From: Treponema sp.
GTDB lineage: Bacteria; Spirochaetota; Spirochaetia; Treponematales; Treponemataceae
Reading direction: 5' to 3'
Assembly (NCBI GenBank): GCA_017962415.1
Contig: JAGCVK010000009.1
Span: forward strand, 4,811-68,810
Length of the DNA stretch: 64,000 bases
How positions within the stretch are numbered: position 1 is the first letter of the stretch; every line of letters starts with the position of its first letter. The notes below the pieces were generated by a model that saw nothing but the letters and a program-made list of their open reading frames with translations, had not been told where the DNA came from and ran no database searches. Positions 1-9,479 of this stretch are shown in pieces. The position numbers and the translations under genes are program-made.

Positions 1-352
1 AAACAATTGCATCTTCAATTTCGCGTGACTTTTGACGAACAGAACGCGGAACCCAGTCAATCTGGCGAAGCTCATCAAAAATAGCACCGCGAATACGCGT
101 TACAGCATATGTTTTGAATTTTACGTTCTTTGCCGGATCATATTTATTAATTGCATCTAAAAGTCCAAACTGTCCGTAACCAACAAGATCATCGAATTCT
201 ACAGAAGCAGGAAGCCCAACGGCAACTTTTCCCGCAACATATTTTACAAGAGGCATATACTGTCGTATAAATTTATCTCTTAGAGTCGGCGACTTTGTTT
301 TCTTAAATTCTTCCCAAAGATCATCTTCTTCTTTTTCGTCATTAATTGGCAT
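1..352 (-). CDS. fliA: RNA polymerase sigma-28 factor FliA/WhiG (3' end runs off window)
   Basis: Not in the ORF track. Manual translation gives MPINDEKEEDDLWEEFKKTKSPTLRDKFIRQYMPLVKYVAGKV...DDLVGYGQFGLLDAINKYDPAKNVKFKTYAVTRIRGAIFDELRQIDWVPRSVR, which carries sigma-28 region 2 signatures. GAGG RBS lies upstream. Confidence 0.95.
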   Translation of the reverse strand, partial: MPINDEKEEDDLWEEFKKTKSPTLRDKFIRQYMPLVKYVAGKVAVGLPASVEFDDLVGYGQFGLLDAINKYDPAKNVKFKTYAVTRIRGAIFDELRQIDWVPRSVRQKSREIEDAIV

Positions 353-364
353 ATACTAATCCTC

Positions 365-1135
365 TTATAAAGAATTTTCATCTGATAAAACAGAAGCAAT
401 TGCCTTTGCCATAAGCGCAGCATCTTGAACTTCCGCCGGGCTGTCATTTTTTTTACTCGAGCCTGTGGAAGAAAATTCTGTTTGTGAGCCACTATCAACC
501 TCATCACTTTCTGATTCAGAACTTGTATTATCTGAAAATACAAAGTTTTCCATATCAGGAAGAGTGTCAATTCCTTCATCAGAACTGGCAGTTGAAGAAG
601 TTGCAAAGGCAGCATTTTTATTTTCCAAAGCCATTTGCGATGAATCATCTTTTTCAACAGCAACAGCTTCAGACGGAATAACAGACTCTTTTCCAGAAAA
701 ATTCGTAACCGTTTCAAAATTCCGCAAAGGAACAAAGCCCGGCGAACTATCTGCAACAGAAGTCTCTACCTTTCCAACGTTTCTTACATCTGAATCATTA
801 AGCATCTGATGATTATCACCAACTACAAAATGATTTTCGCTTTCGCTTGGTTTAAGCTCTTCATCTTCAATTGTTATATCAACATGCTGGCCTGTAACAG
901 AACCGGCAGAAGATGAATCACCTGTATAATCGCCCTGAGAATCCCCCGATGAAGCATCAGAAAGAAACTTACCATAAATTGCCATTATTCCAAATCCTAA
1001 AAGACCAAAAACAACAGCACTTACAAGGGCTTTTAATAAAACGGATAAAAATGAAGAATGGGAAAATAGACCTGCTACGAAGGACAAAATAAAGCCACAG
1101 GCTGTAAACAGACCGATACTTTTTGAACTCCGCAT
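365..1135 (-). CDS. Hypothetical membrane protein (two N-terminal TM helices, acidic/Ser-rich tail) between flhG and fliA
   Basis: ORF 365..1147. A GGAGGA RBS favours the ATG at 1135 (MRSSKSIG). Confidence 0.8.
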   Translation of the reverse strand: MRSSKSIGLFTACGFILSFVAGLFSHSSFLSVLLKALVSAVVFGLLGFGIMAIYGKFLSDASSGDSQGDYTGDSSSAGSVTGQHVDITIEDEELKPSESENHFVVGDNHQMLNDSDVRNVGKVETSVADSSPGFVPLRNFETVTNFSGKESVIPSEAVAVEKDDSSQMALENKNAAFATSSTASSDEGIDTLPDMENFVFSDNTSSESESDEVDSGSQTEFSSTGSSKKNDSPAEVQDAALMAKAIASVLSDENSL

Positions 1136-1240
1136 TTTTCCTCCCAATTATAATTACCCGTAAATATTATACACCACAATCTAAATAAATAATAGAAGAA
1201 TTTTTTTATTACGGTAAATTTAGTAAAATTCCCTATTAAA

Positions 1241-2131
1241 CTACATCTTTTTTTTGCTAAGGAATTTTCTAAGGAAACTTGAAACTCCCTCATTAAATTC
1301 CGGCTCTGTTTTTTCAATGCGTCCAACAATATGCTTAAGATACACAGCAGGTTTTGATGTTGGATTTACAATCATAAAAGGCTTTTGACGTATTACAGAA
1401 GCCTGAACAAGCGGATCTTCTGGAATACACCCAAGATACTCAATCTTATAACCAAGGAACTGGCCAACAATTGTAATAATTCGCTCAGAAATTCGCTTTC
1501 CTTCATCTGGAGAATGAACTCTGTTTACAATCAGCTTAATGTTTACCGTTCGGTCTACAATTTCAGTTGTAATTATTTTGATAATTCCATAAGCATCTGT
1601 GATTGCAGTTGGCTCTGGAGTTGTAACAACAAAAACCTCATCGGCTGCAGCTACAAACTGCAAAACGTTATTTGCAATACCGGCACCTGTATCAATAATG
1701 ATAATATCTGCATTTCCGAGTGTTGCAAACTGATTTGCAAAATACTCAAGTTCTTCTACGCTAAGATTTGCAATTTTTGAAAAACCGTTAGCGCCCGCAA
1801 TAAACTTAATGCCAAATTCTGTATCCATTATGATTTCTTTCATGGACTTTTTCTTATTAATTACATGCATCAAATTGTACTGAGGAACAATATTAAGAAG
1901 AACATTTACATTTGCCATTCCAAGATCACCGTCTATAAGGATTACCTTTTTACCCAGCTGGGCATAAGCAATAGCCATATTGACGGCGAAGTTTGTTTTA
2001 CCAACGCCACCTTTTCCACTGGTAATGGCAATTATTCTTGTATTGTGATCCCGTTTTGCAGCAGATTTTACTGCTGGTGTAGAACCTCCGTCATTAAACA
2101 ATTCGCTTAATCCTTCTGCCTGTTCTTCCAT
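1241..2131 (-). CDS. flhG: FlhG/FleN MinD-like ATPase
   Basis: Deviant Walker A SGKGGVGKT, DGDLGMAN and TTPEPTAITDAY motifs; directly downstream of flhF. Confidence 0.93.
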   Translation of the reverse strand: MEEQAEGLSELFNDGGSTPAVKSAAKRDHNTRIIAITSGKGGVGKTNFAVNMAIAYAQLGKKVILIDGDLGMANVNVLLNIVPQYNLMHVINKKKSMKEIIMDTEFGIKFIAGANGFSKIANLSVEELEYFANQFATLGNADIIIIDTGAGIANNVLQFVAAADEVFVVTTPEPTAITDAYGIIKIITTEIVDRTVNIKLIVNRVHSPDEGKRISERIITIVGQFLGYKIEYLGCIPEDPLVQASVIRQKPFMIVNPTSKPAVYLKHIVGRIEKTEPEFNEGVSSFLRKFLSKKKM

Positions 2132-2150
2132 TTTTTTCTCCTGAATTTAT

Positions 2151-3392
2151 TTATTCACCAAACTTATCTTCAATATGAATTCTATCCACCTTAAAATCTT
2201 CAAGACGAATAAGAAAATCAATTATATTTGCCTTAGAAATATCCCGCGAAGCAACCTGCCCGTGAGTAATATAGGAAATAGACTTGTGTTTTTCATACAA
2301 AACACTAATCACATTTCCAAATTGTTCAGATTCATCACACTTTGTGACAATTACAGATTTATAACCAAACGGCTCATAATTCTGCATAATATTCTGAAGA
2401 TCGCGCGATTTTGTGCCCGCCGTAAAAGCAAGATAAATATCCGGATTCATTCCAGGAACTTCCAAAAGAAGTTTCATCTGCGCAATATGAGTTGCATCAT
2501 TTGGACTAAATCCCGAAGTATCAATAAAAATTGCGTCCATATTTGCACGATTTTCATCATAAAGAGTTTTTAAATCTTCGGCGCGTTCTGCTTTATAAAC
2601 CCGAGAGCCCATATGTTTGCCCCAGCGTTCAAGCTGCTCCATTGCACCAACCCTCATTGTATCTGTTGTAATAAAACAGATTGAAGGACGATTTCCGTCG
2701 TGATTTAAAGCGTAGCTTTTTACAAATTGCGCGGCAAGTTTTACAAGCGTAGTAGTTTTTCCAACTCCTGTTGGGCCAACTATAATATAAACATGCGGCG
2801 GGCGAACTACAGTTTCCTTTGCAACTGAAATTGATTCACCAATCCAGTCTACAACGCGGCGTTCTACTAAATCAAAATTATCAAGCTGATCAAGAGAAAA
2901 ATCATTTCGTATTTTTTCTTCAATCATTCTGATAAATGAAAGCGAAAATTCATTATTTTCGAGCATTTCGTCTATTTTTTGAATTGATTCATGCTTTTCC
3001 TGCGTTGAAACTGCCAGATTTTTGAGCTGGCGGCTCATTTCGTTTTTGAGTTCTTCAAGCGAATTATTCATTTCGCTCATTTGTTTTGTTATTAAAACAC
3101 TACTTTGACTTTGAAGAATTGCATCACGATTTTTAGCCAGCTGTTCTTCTTCAGAATATTTATCTGAATAAAAAGAGCGGCCGCTGTCTGGAGAATATGA
3201 TTTTTGATGATTTACCACATAAGTAACTACAGTTACGGGTTTTTTGCTAAGGTGAAGAAATCCTCCGGGTCTCCATTCCACAACTTTGTTTGTAATGCGA
3301 AAATCTTTTCCATACGCATTAAACAATTTTTCCTTGCATTCCTCGTAAGTTCGTCCGGAAATCTTCTGTTCTATTTCATCTTCATAAGCCAT
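2151..3392 (-). CDS. flhF: Flagellar SRP-like GTPase FlhF
   Basis: GPTGVGKTTT, DTMRVGA, DTSG and TKCDE motifs; flagellar operon context. Confidence 0.95.
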   Translation of the reverse strand: MAYEDEIEQKISGRTYEECKEKLFNAYGKDFRITNKVVEWRPGGFLHLSKKPVTVVTYVVNHQKSYSPDSGRSFYSDKYSEEEQLAKNRDAILQSQSSVLITKQMSEMNNSLEELKNEMSRQLKNLAVSTQEKHESIQKIDEMLENNEFSLSFIRMIEEKIRNDFSLDQLDNFDLVERRVVDWIGESISVAKETVVRPPHVYIIVGPTGVGKTTTLVKLAAQFVKSYALNHDGNRPSICFITTDTMRVGAMEQLERWGKHMGSRVYKAERAEDLKTLYDENRANMDAIFIDTSGFSPNDATHIAQMKLLLEVPGMNPDIYLAFTAGTKSRDLQNIMQNYEPFGYKSVIVTKCDESEQFGNVISVLYEKHKSISYITHGQVASRDISKANIIDFLIRLEDFKVDRIHIEDKFGE

Positions 3393-3412
3393 TTTATTCT
3401 ACGTTCCTTTTT

Positions 3413-5527
3413 TTACTCACTTTCATCTGAAATTTCATCAATTATTTCAACAGAAATATTTCCACCGGCAGCGTACATTTCCATATCAGAAATAACTACA
3501 ACGCCTGGCTGTTCACGTTCCAAAGCTGAACGAACCAGCTGCCGCACATTACTAACACAAAGAATTATAGGCATATAGCCCATTTGACTCACCTTTGCAA
3601 GCGAACTGCTCACCGCAGAAATCCAGCGGCGGCGGTCTACCGGGTCAAAGGCAACATAAGGTTTTGAACCATCTTCCGGATAATAAGCATGTTCAGCAAC
3701 AAGTTCTGAAAGCTCCTGCGAAAGACGCATTACCCTAAGTTTTTTATCATCATCTGCATATTGCATACAGATTTGAAGTCCAAGAGCCTCACGAACTTTT
3801 TGGGTTAAATCCCAACTGTTACGGGAAACTCCTGCATAATTTGCCATAGTTTCAAGAATCTTAACATAATTTCTGATAGAAACCTTTTCTTCAAGCAGAT
3901 TCTGGAAAACCTTCTCAATAGTTCCATAAGAAAGTTTTGCAGTTTCCAAAACTTCAGAAACAAGAACCGGATTTTTCTGCTTAACAGTATCGAGAATAAC
4001 AGAAACTGCCTGCCGGTCAAGCATTTGTGCCGCATGAGAGCGGATAATCTCTGTAATATGTGTGGAAATAATTGTCGGTGGGTCTACAACTACATAACCG
4101 GCACCTTCAGCCTCGCTTCGTCTGTCTTCAGAAAGCCATATTGCGTCCATTCCAAAGGCCGGGTCTTTTGTTTTTTCCCCTTCAAGCGGCTCGGTTACAG
4201 CACCGGTATCCATACACATTACATAGCCCAAACGCACAGTTGCGTGTCCGGCTTCTATGCCTTCTATCTTAAAACTATAATCATTCGGTTCAAGCGTCAT
4301 ATTGTCTTGAATACGGATTTTTGGAATATCAAGACCAATATCATGGCGGGCTTCTGTACGGATTCGCGAAATGCGCTCAAGAAGCTCGGCACCCTTGTCT
4401 TTATCAACAAGAGGAATTAAAGCATAACCAAGTTCAAGCGAAAGCGGATCAAGCATTACAATACGCTCTGCATCATTTGCAGCTGCCGCCTGCGAAGAAG
4501 ATTTTTGAGCAGCTTCCTGTTTTTTTGCAATTTCCTGCTTTACTTTATCACGAGTCATCTTAAAGCCTATGAAAATCGCAAGTGCACCAACCGGAATAAG
4601 CAGGTATTGAGTTCCGCCTCTAAGCACAAGGCCAGCAGCAATAAGAACCGCACCAACAATTTCATAAATATGCCCGTCGCCCGTAAACTCAACTTTAAGC
4701 TGCTGGTCAAGCGATTCATCAGACTTAGTACCAGTTACCAGCAAACCGGTTGCAAAAGAAATAATCAAAGAAGGTAACTGCGAAGTAAGTCCGTCACCAA
4801 TTGTAAGAGAAGAATAAGTATTAAGAGCGTCTGAAAAGCTCATTCTGTTTAAAATCATTCCAACAAGAAAGCCGCCAATCAGATTTACAACTGTAATAAA
4901 AATTCCAGCTTTAACGTTTCCACTTACAAATTTAGACGAACCGTCCATATTTGAATAAAAATCTATATCGCGGCGAACAGCTTCTTTTAAAAGTTCCGCC
5001 TGAGCTTCATCAATTACGCCAGTATTAAGCCGGTTATCAATATCAAAAAGTTTTTGATTCATAGAATCCAAAGAAAAGCGTGCTGCAACTTCAGAAACGC
5101 GGCCGGCACCTTTTGTAACAACAAGCACCTGAACAACAATCAAAATGATAAAAATTACAAACCCGACAATCAGATTATTTCCGGCAACAATTCGGGCAAA
5201 AGCCTTTACCATATCACTTTGATTTGCAAGAGCACCGCCCTGCATTTTTCCGGTAAGAATTAGCCTTGTAGAAGATATATTTATGCCAAGACTGAATAAA
5301 GTTTGAAAAAGAATAACACGCGGGAAAGTCTGAAAATCAGAAGGTCGCGGAATTTGAACAACAACCAAAAGAATTACAATTGCCAGCGCAAGATTCAAAA
5401 TCATGCTAAGGTCAATAAGACGTTTTGGAATTGGTAAAAAGAGAAGAAAAACGCATACAACGATTGCGACAGGTACAATATTACCTGTTAAAAAATTGAG
5501 AATTTTCCCTCGACTTTCGTTTGCCAT
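3413..5527 (-). CDS. flhA: Flagellar export gate protein FlhA
   Basis: KGAGRVSEVAARFSLD, FYSNMDGSSKFV and LTIGDGL FHIPEP motifs; 704 aa. Confidence 0.97.
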   Translation of the reverse strand: MANESRGKILNFLTGNIVPVAIVVCVFLLFLPIPKRLIDLSMILNLALAIVILLVVVQIPRPSDFQTFPRVILFQTLFSLGINISSTRLILTGKMQGGALANQSDMVKAFARIVAGNNLIVGFVIFIILIVVQVLVVTKGAGRVSEVAARFSLDSMNQKLFDIDNRLNTGVIDEAQAELLKEAVRRDIDFYSNMDGSSKFVSGNVKAGIFITVVNLIGGFLVGMILNRMSFSDALNTYSSLTIGDGLTSQLPSLIISFATGLLVTGTKSDESLDQQLKVEFTGDGHIYEIVGAVLIAAGLVLRGGTQYLLIPVGALAIFIGFKMTRDKVKQEIAKKQEAAQKSSSQAAAANDAERIVMLDPLSLELGYALIPLVDKDKGAELLERISRIRTEARHDIGLDIPKIRIQDNMTLEPNDYSFKIEGIEAGHATVRLGYVMCMDTGAVTEPLEGEKTKDPAFGMDAIWLSEDRRSEAEGAGYVVVDPPTIISTHITEIIRSHAAQMLDRQAVSVILDTVKQKNPVLVSEVLETAKLSYGTIEKVFQNLLEEKVSIRNYVKILETMANYAGVSRNSWDLTQKVREALGLQICMQYADDDKKLRVMRLSQELSELVAEHAYYPEDGSKPYVAFDPVDRRRWISAVSSSLAKVSQMGYMPIILCVSNVRQLVRSALEREQPGVVVISDMEMYAAGGNISVEIIDEISDESE

Positions 5528-5548
5528 TAGTCCCCACCCAGCAATCTA

Positions 5549-6619
5549 CTAATTTGGTTTTTGTTTATATTTTTCCAAATGTGAATATATTACAGCAATT
5601 GCACTATAATATACTTCTGGTATTATATCACCAACTTCGACATTTGTATACAAATCTCGTGCAACTGGCCTATTTTCTACAATTGGAATGTCATTTTCAC
5701 TAGCAATCTGCCTGATTCTAAGCGCCATTTGATCTTCGCCTTTTGCATTTACAATTGGAGAATCCGCAACGCTTTGATCATATTTTAAGGCAACTGCAAA
5801 ATGCGTTGGGTTTGTAATTACAACATCAGATTCTGCAACTGACTTTGGAATATTTTGCGACAAAAGCTGGCGTTGCATTTGCTGAAGTTTACTTTTTACT
5901 TCAGGATCGCCTTCCATTTCTTTATATTCTTCTTTTACTTCCTGCTTTGTCATTTTCATTTCCTGCATAAAATCATGCCGCTGAACAAAATAATCAGGAA
6001 TAGAAAGAGCAAGAAACAAAACCGCAACTGTAATCAAAATCTGCGCTGCCATTTTTGCAACCTGGCCAAGAGCCGAACCGATATCGCCGTTATCAATAAT
6101 ATCAATTAGCACAAAAAGGTCTTTTTTGATATATAAATACGCAACAAAACAGATTATTGCAACTTTTCCAATTGATTTTGCAACATTAAAAAGCCCTTTT
6201 GCAGAAAAAATCGTCTTTTTAAGATATTCGCCAACTTTTGGTATGATTTTTGAAAACTTTGGTTCAATCGGTTTTATGCTAAAAATAAAACCTTTTGTCT
6301 GAATGATATTTCCAGCAATTGCAGAAACAGCGCTTATTAAACTAATCGGAAGCACGCATTTTATAAAAACATCAAAAAAAGCCGGCAAAAACGTTGGATT
6401 TTTTATATCACAACTTGAACATTGATTAAAATAAAACTTAATGATTGTGACAATTTCATTAAAAAACCATTTTGCAAGAAACACAATTGTAATTACACAA
6501 AGCAAAAGAACAAGCGCGCTGCTTATTTCCTGACTTTTGGCAACGCGGCCTTCTTTGCGGGCTTTTTCAAGTTTATATTCCGAAGGTTGTTCGGTACGGC
6601 CTTCATCTTCTGCTGCCAT
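5549..6619 (-). CDS. flhB: Flagellar export switch protein FlhB
   Basis: NPTH autocleavage motif and KMTKQEVKEEYKEMEGDP. Confidence 0.97.
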   Translation of the reverse strand: MAAEDEGRTEQPSEYKLEKARKEGRVAKSQEISSALVLLLCVITIVFLAKWFFNEIVTIIKFYFNQCSSCDIKNPTFLPAFFDVFIKCVLPISLISAVSAIAGNIIQTKGFIFSIKPIEPKFSKIIPKVGEYLKKTIFSAKGLFNVAKSIGKVAIICFVAYLYIKKDLFVLIDIIDNGDIGSALGQVAKMAAQILITVAVLFLALSIPDYFVQRHDFMQEMKMTKQEVKEEYKEMEGDPEVKSKLQQMQRQLLSQNIPKSVAESDVVITNPTHFAVALKYDQSVADSPIVNAKGEDQMALRIRQIASENDIPIVENRPVARDLYTNVEVGDIIPEVYYSAIAVIYSHLEKYKQKPN

Positions 6620-6622
6620 AGA

Positions 6623-7426
6623 CTACACACCTCCAGAAACTGATTTAAAGAACAATTCAAGGTCTGAAAAACCTTTATTAAACGAGCGCACAAAAAAATC
6701 AATTATACCTGGCATTGCAATTGCAATAATTGCAAATGCCACAAGAATCATAATCGGAAAACCTTCTGAAAGAAGATTCATTTGTGGAGCAGCTTTTGTA
6801 AGAAGGCCTGTGCAAACTGTAATCAAAAAAAGCGTTCCCATAACAGGAAGCGCAATTACAAGCGCATCAGAAAAAAGGCTCGTAAGCCCTTTCATCATAA
6901 AAAGCGCTATTTTTTCATTAGAAGAAGCAATGCTAAGCGCGCTCAAAGAAGAAAAACTTGTAACAAGCCCTTGCAAAAAAAGTTTTTGAAACCAATGCGT
7001 CTGCATAAAAACAAGCATCGCAACAAGATTAAAAAATTGTCCCATTAATGGGTTTTCAACCTGAGAAAGCGCATCATAAGAACTTGCAGCACTTAAACCC
7101 ATTTGGAATGCTAAAAACTGGCCGGCAGCACTAAAAGCCGCAAAAATTATAGAGATAAAAAATCCCATAATTACACCAATTAACGCCTCGCCAATCAAAA
7201 GCAGCACATAAATCATAGAAAAAACGCCGTCTTCATTTATATAAGGCGCATAAACATTTTGATTTATATTTCCAAAAATAAAAAATGCCATATAACCGGC
7301 AAGCGCAACTTTTGCCACACGAGACGCAGAACGCATTGAAAACATAGGAAGTGTCAAAATCAGAGCAAAACAGCGTACAAAAACCAGAAGATATACCGGA
7401 GATTTCTGTAAGATACTATCCAGCAT
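6623..7426 (-). CDS. fliR: Flagellar export protein FliR
   Basis: Hydrophobic protein with AGQFLAFQMGL and KAAPQMN; lies between fliQ and flhB. Confidence 0.95.
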   Translation of the reverse strand: MLDSILQKSPVYLLVFVRCFALILTLPMFSMRSASRVAKVALAGYMAFFIFGNINQNVYAPYINEDGVFSMIYVLLLIGEALIGVIMGFFISIIFAAFSAAGQFLAFQMGLSAASSYDALSQVENPLMGQFFNLVAMLVFMQTHWFQKLFLQGLVTSFSSLSALSIASSNEKIALFMMKGLTSLFSDALVIALPVMGTLFLITVCTGLLTKAAPQMNLLSEGFPIMILVAFAIIAIAMPGIIDFFVRSFNKGFSDLELFFKSVSGGV

Positions 7427-7433
7427 AACTCAC

Positions 7434-7703
7434 CTATTTTGCAAAATCCGGGATTCTATTAAAAAGGCCTATTGTATACTCGCCAAGCGAAGTAAACATA
7501 GCTCCACCAAGCAAAGCAATAACAAGAAGTATTACAATCAGTTTTGGAAGAAAAGTAAGAGTCTGCTCCTGAATGGAAGTTGTAGCCTGAAAAATTGCAA
7601 CCACAAGACCAACAATAAGCGCAAGCCCCAAAACAGGCGCAACAAGTGAAATAACTTCTGTAACAGCACCGCGCATAAGAGAAACAATTGTACCAATCGT
7701 CAT
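7434..7703 (-). CDS. fliQ: Flagellar export protein FliQ
   Basis: 89 aa, containing FQATTSIQEQTLTFLPK. Confidence 0.97.
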   Translation of the reverse strand: MTIGTIVSLMRGAVTEVISLVAPVLGLALIVGLVVAIFQATTSIQEQTLTFLPKLIVILLVIALLGGAMFTSLGEYTIGLFNRIPDFAK

Positions 7704-7724
7704 TTTTTACCTCCCAAAAAGCCG

Positions 7725-8573
7725 CTAGTGAATTACAGAATTGAAAAGCTGCTGCGTTAAAAGTCCCCAGCCGTCAACAAGCACAAATAAAATCAGCTTA
7801 AACGGCATAGAAATCTGAACTGGTGGAAGCATCATCATACCCATTGCCATAAGTATACTCGCCACCACCATATCTATAATGATAAAAGGAATATATAAGA
7901 TTACACCGATTTTAAAAGCAACTGTAAGTTCGTGCAAAATGTACGACGGAACAAGAATGTACGTTGGAACATCGGCAAGTGTATTTGGCTTTTCAAGTTT
8001 TGCCATATTCATAAACATTTTGATATAGCTTGTATCCTGTGACATTTGGCCGTACATAAACATTCTAAGCGGAGCTTCAGCTTCGCGATAAGCCTCTTCT
8101 ATTGTAATTTCATTATTTGAAAGCGGTTTGTAAGCGTTATCGTAAACTTTTGTAAAAGTTGGCCACATTACAAAAATTGTCATAAAAAAAGCAATTCCGT
8201 TTAAAACAGAAGTTGGCGGAACCTGCTGAAGCGAAAGAGCACGTTTTATAAAATCAAGAACAATCGAAAAACGCAAAAAACAAGTTACAAGAATTAAAAT
8301 GCTTGGCGCAAGTGTTAAAACTGTAAGCAGCAGCAAAAGACGTACAGAAAAGGCAACTTCGCGGCCGGTTTGGGGCTCTGTAATTTGAACTGCAATATTT
8401 GGAACGCCAGAGCCGCGCACATTTTGATTCATTTCTGTCGTGCCGCGCGCAGAGCCACGCGGAAAATTTTGATTTGATTGCGCAGAAAGATTAGAAAAAC
8501 ACAAAAATAAAAGAGCAAAAACCGCAAAAAAGCGGCGGCAATTTTTTAATGTGAAAAATCGTTTTGCCCTCAT
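7725..8573 (-). CDS. fliP: Flagellar export protein FliP
   Basis: QQVPP, GMMMLPP and PFKLILFVLVDGW motifs. Confidence 0.97.
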   Translation of the reverse strand: MRAKRFFTLKNCRRFFAVFALLFLCFSNLSAQSNQNFPRGSARGTTEMNQNVRGSGVPNIAVQITEPQTGREVAFSVRLLLLLTVLTLAPSILILVTCFLRFSIVLDFIKRALSLQQVPPTSVLNGIAFFMTIFVMWPTFTKVYDNAYKPLSNNEITIEEAYREAEAPLRMFMYGQMSQDTSYIKMFMNMAKLEKPNTLADVPTYILVPSYILHELTVAFKIGVILYIPFIIIDMVVASILMAMGMMMLPPVQISMPFKLILFVLVDGWGLLTQQLFNSVIH

Positions 8574-9169
8574 TATGATTCCCCGCGTTTTTTAAATATT
8601 TCATCTACAGTTTTTTCAGTATCGCTGAACACATTTTTCTGATTATTTTTTTTAGCCAAAAACATATCTAAAACTTCAGAAAAATTAGCCGGCTTTTTTA
8701 CATTTGTTCGTTTATCAGCTGTAAGATTCATTGCATTAATGAGTTCTTTATCATTAATTTCCGCAAGAAGCGTAATATTATCTTCTGTAACGCCAATCAG
8801 ATATGCTTTATCTATTAAAGTTATAACTTCTACAGTTTTTCCAGGCGCAATATTCAAATAAGCAGCCCGGCGAAGATATTCATCTTCAGTTTTTACAATA
8901 TTTGTCTTTTTTTTGATGAACCACAAAACACCATAAATTAAAGCAACAACAATTATCAGAGCAAAAATCATTCTAACAAAAGTGCCAGCTGTAGAAGGCG
9001 CTTTATAAGAACTTGCACCATTAGAAGTGTTTGTTGAATTATCAGAAAGAATAATTGATTCTTCGGTCAGATTATTTGAAGAAACACCAGAAGAATTTTG
9101 AGAATACAAAGCAAAAACTGCGGTCAAACAAAAAAAACAAACCGCAATCAGTTTTTTATACTTTTCCAA
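8573..9169 (-). CDS. fliO: Flagellar biogenesis protein FliO/FliZ
   Basis: TM helix followed by YLIGVTEDNITLL; upstream of fliP. The start is likely TTG 9169 or GTG 9175, because the ORF-track start at 9226 lies inside the tandem repeat. Confidence 0.85.
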   Translation of the reverse strand: MEKYKKLIAVCFFCLTAVFALYSQNSSGVSSNNLTEESIILSDNSTNTSNGASSYKAPSTAGTFVRMIFALIIVVALIYGVLWFIKKKTNIVKTEDEYLRRAAYLNIAPGKTVEVITLIDKAYLIGVTEDNITLLAEINDKELINAMNLTADKRTNVKKPANFSEVLDMFLAKKNNQKNVFSDTEKTVDEIFKKRGES

Positions 9170-9180
9170 ATCCACACCCA

Positions 9181-9463
9181 ATACAATAGCAAATCCGTTA
9201 AAGAAAATTGCGAACACTTGGAGCAATTTTCTAGGATTTACCTCCCCTAATTCTATACAATAGCAAATCCGTTAAACCAAATTGCGAAAACTTGGAGCAA
9301 TTTGGTAGGATTTACTTCCCCCAATTCTATACAATAGCAAATCCGTTAAAGAAAATTGCGAACACCTGGAGCAATTTTCTAGGATTTACTTCCCCTAATT
9401 CTATACAATAGCAAATCAATTAAGCAAATCGCAAAACTCAAATGCAATTTTTCTTAACAGATT
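9181..9463. repeat. Tandem array of 74-bp palindromic units (three full copies plus one diverged copy)
   Basis: Units start at 9181, 9255, 9329 and 9403 with ATACAATAGCAAATC. Each has an internal inverted repeat: AGAAAATTGC/GCAATTTTCT in copies 1 and 3, ACCAAATTGC/GCAATTTGGT in copy 2. Confidence 0.95.
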
Positions 9464-9479
9464 TAGTATCAGCCAATTT

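Noticed and set aside
280-756. 158-aa alternative-frame ORF and the many short antisense ORFs in the track
   Set aside because: They overlap confidently identified genes and lack recognisable motifs, so they are treated as shadow ORFs.
9181-9463. CRISPR array
   Set aside because: Whole 74-bp units repeat with no unique spacers, and there are no cas genes in the window.
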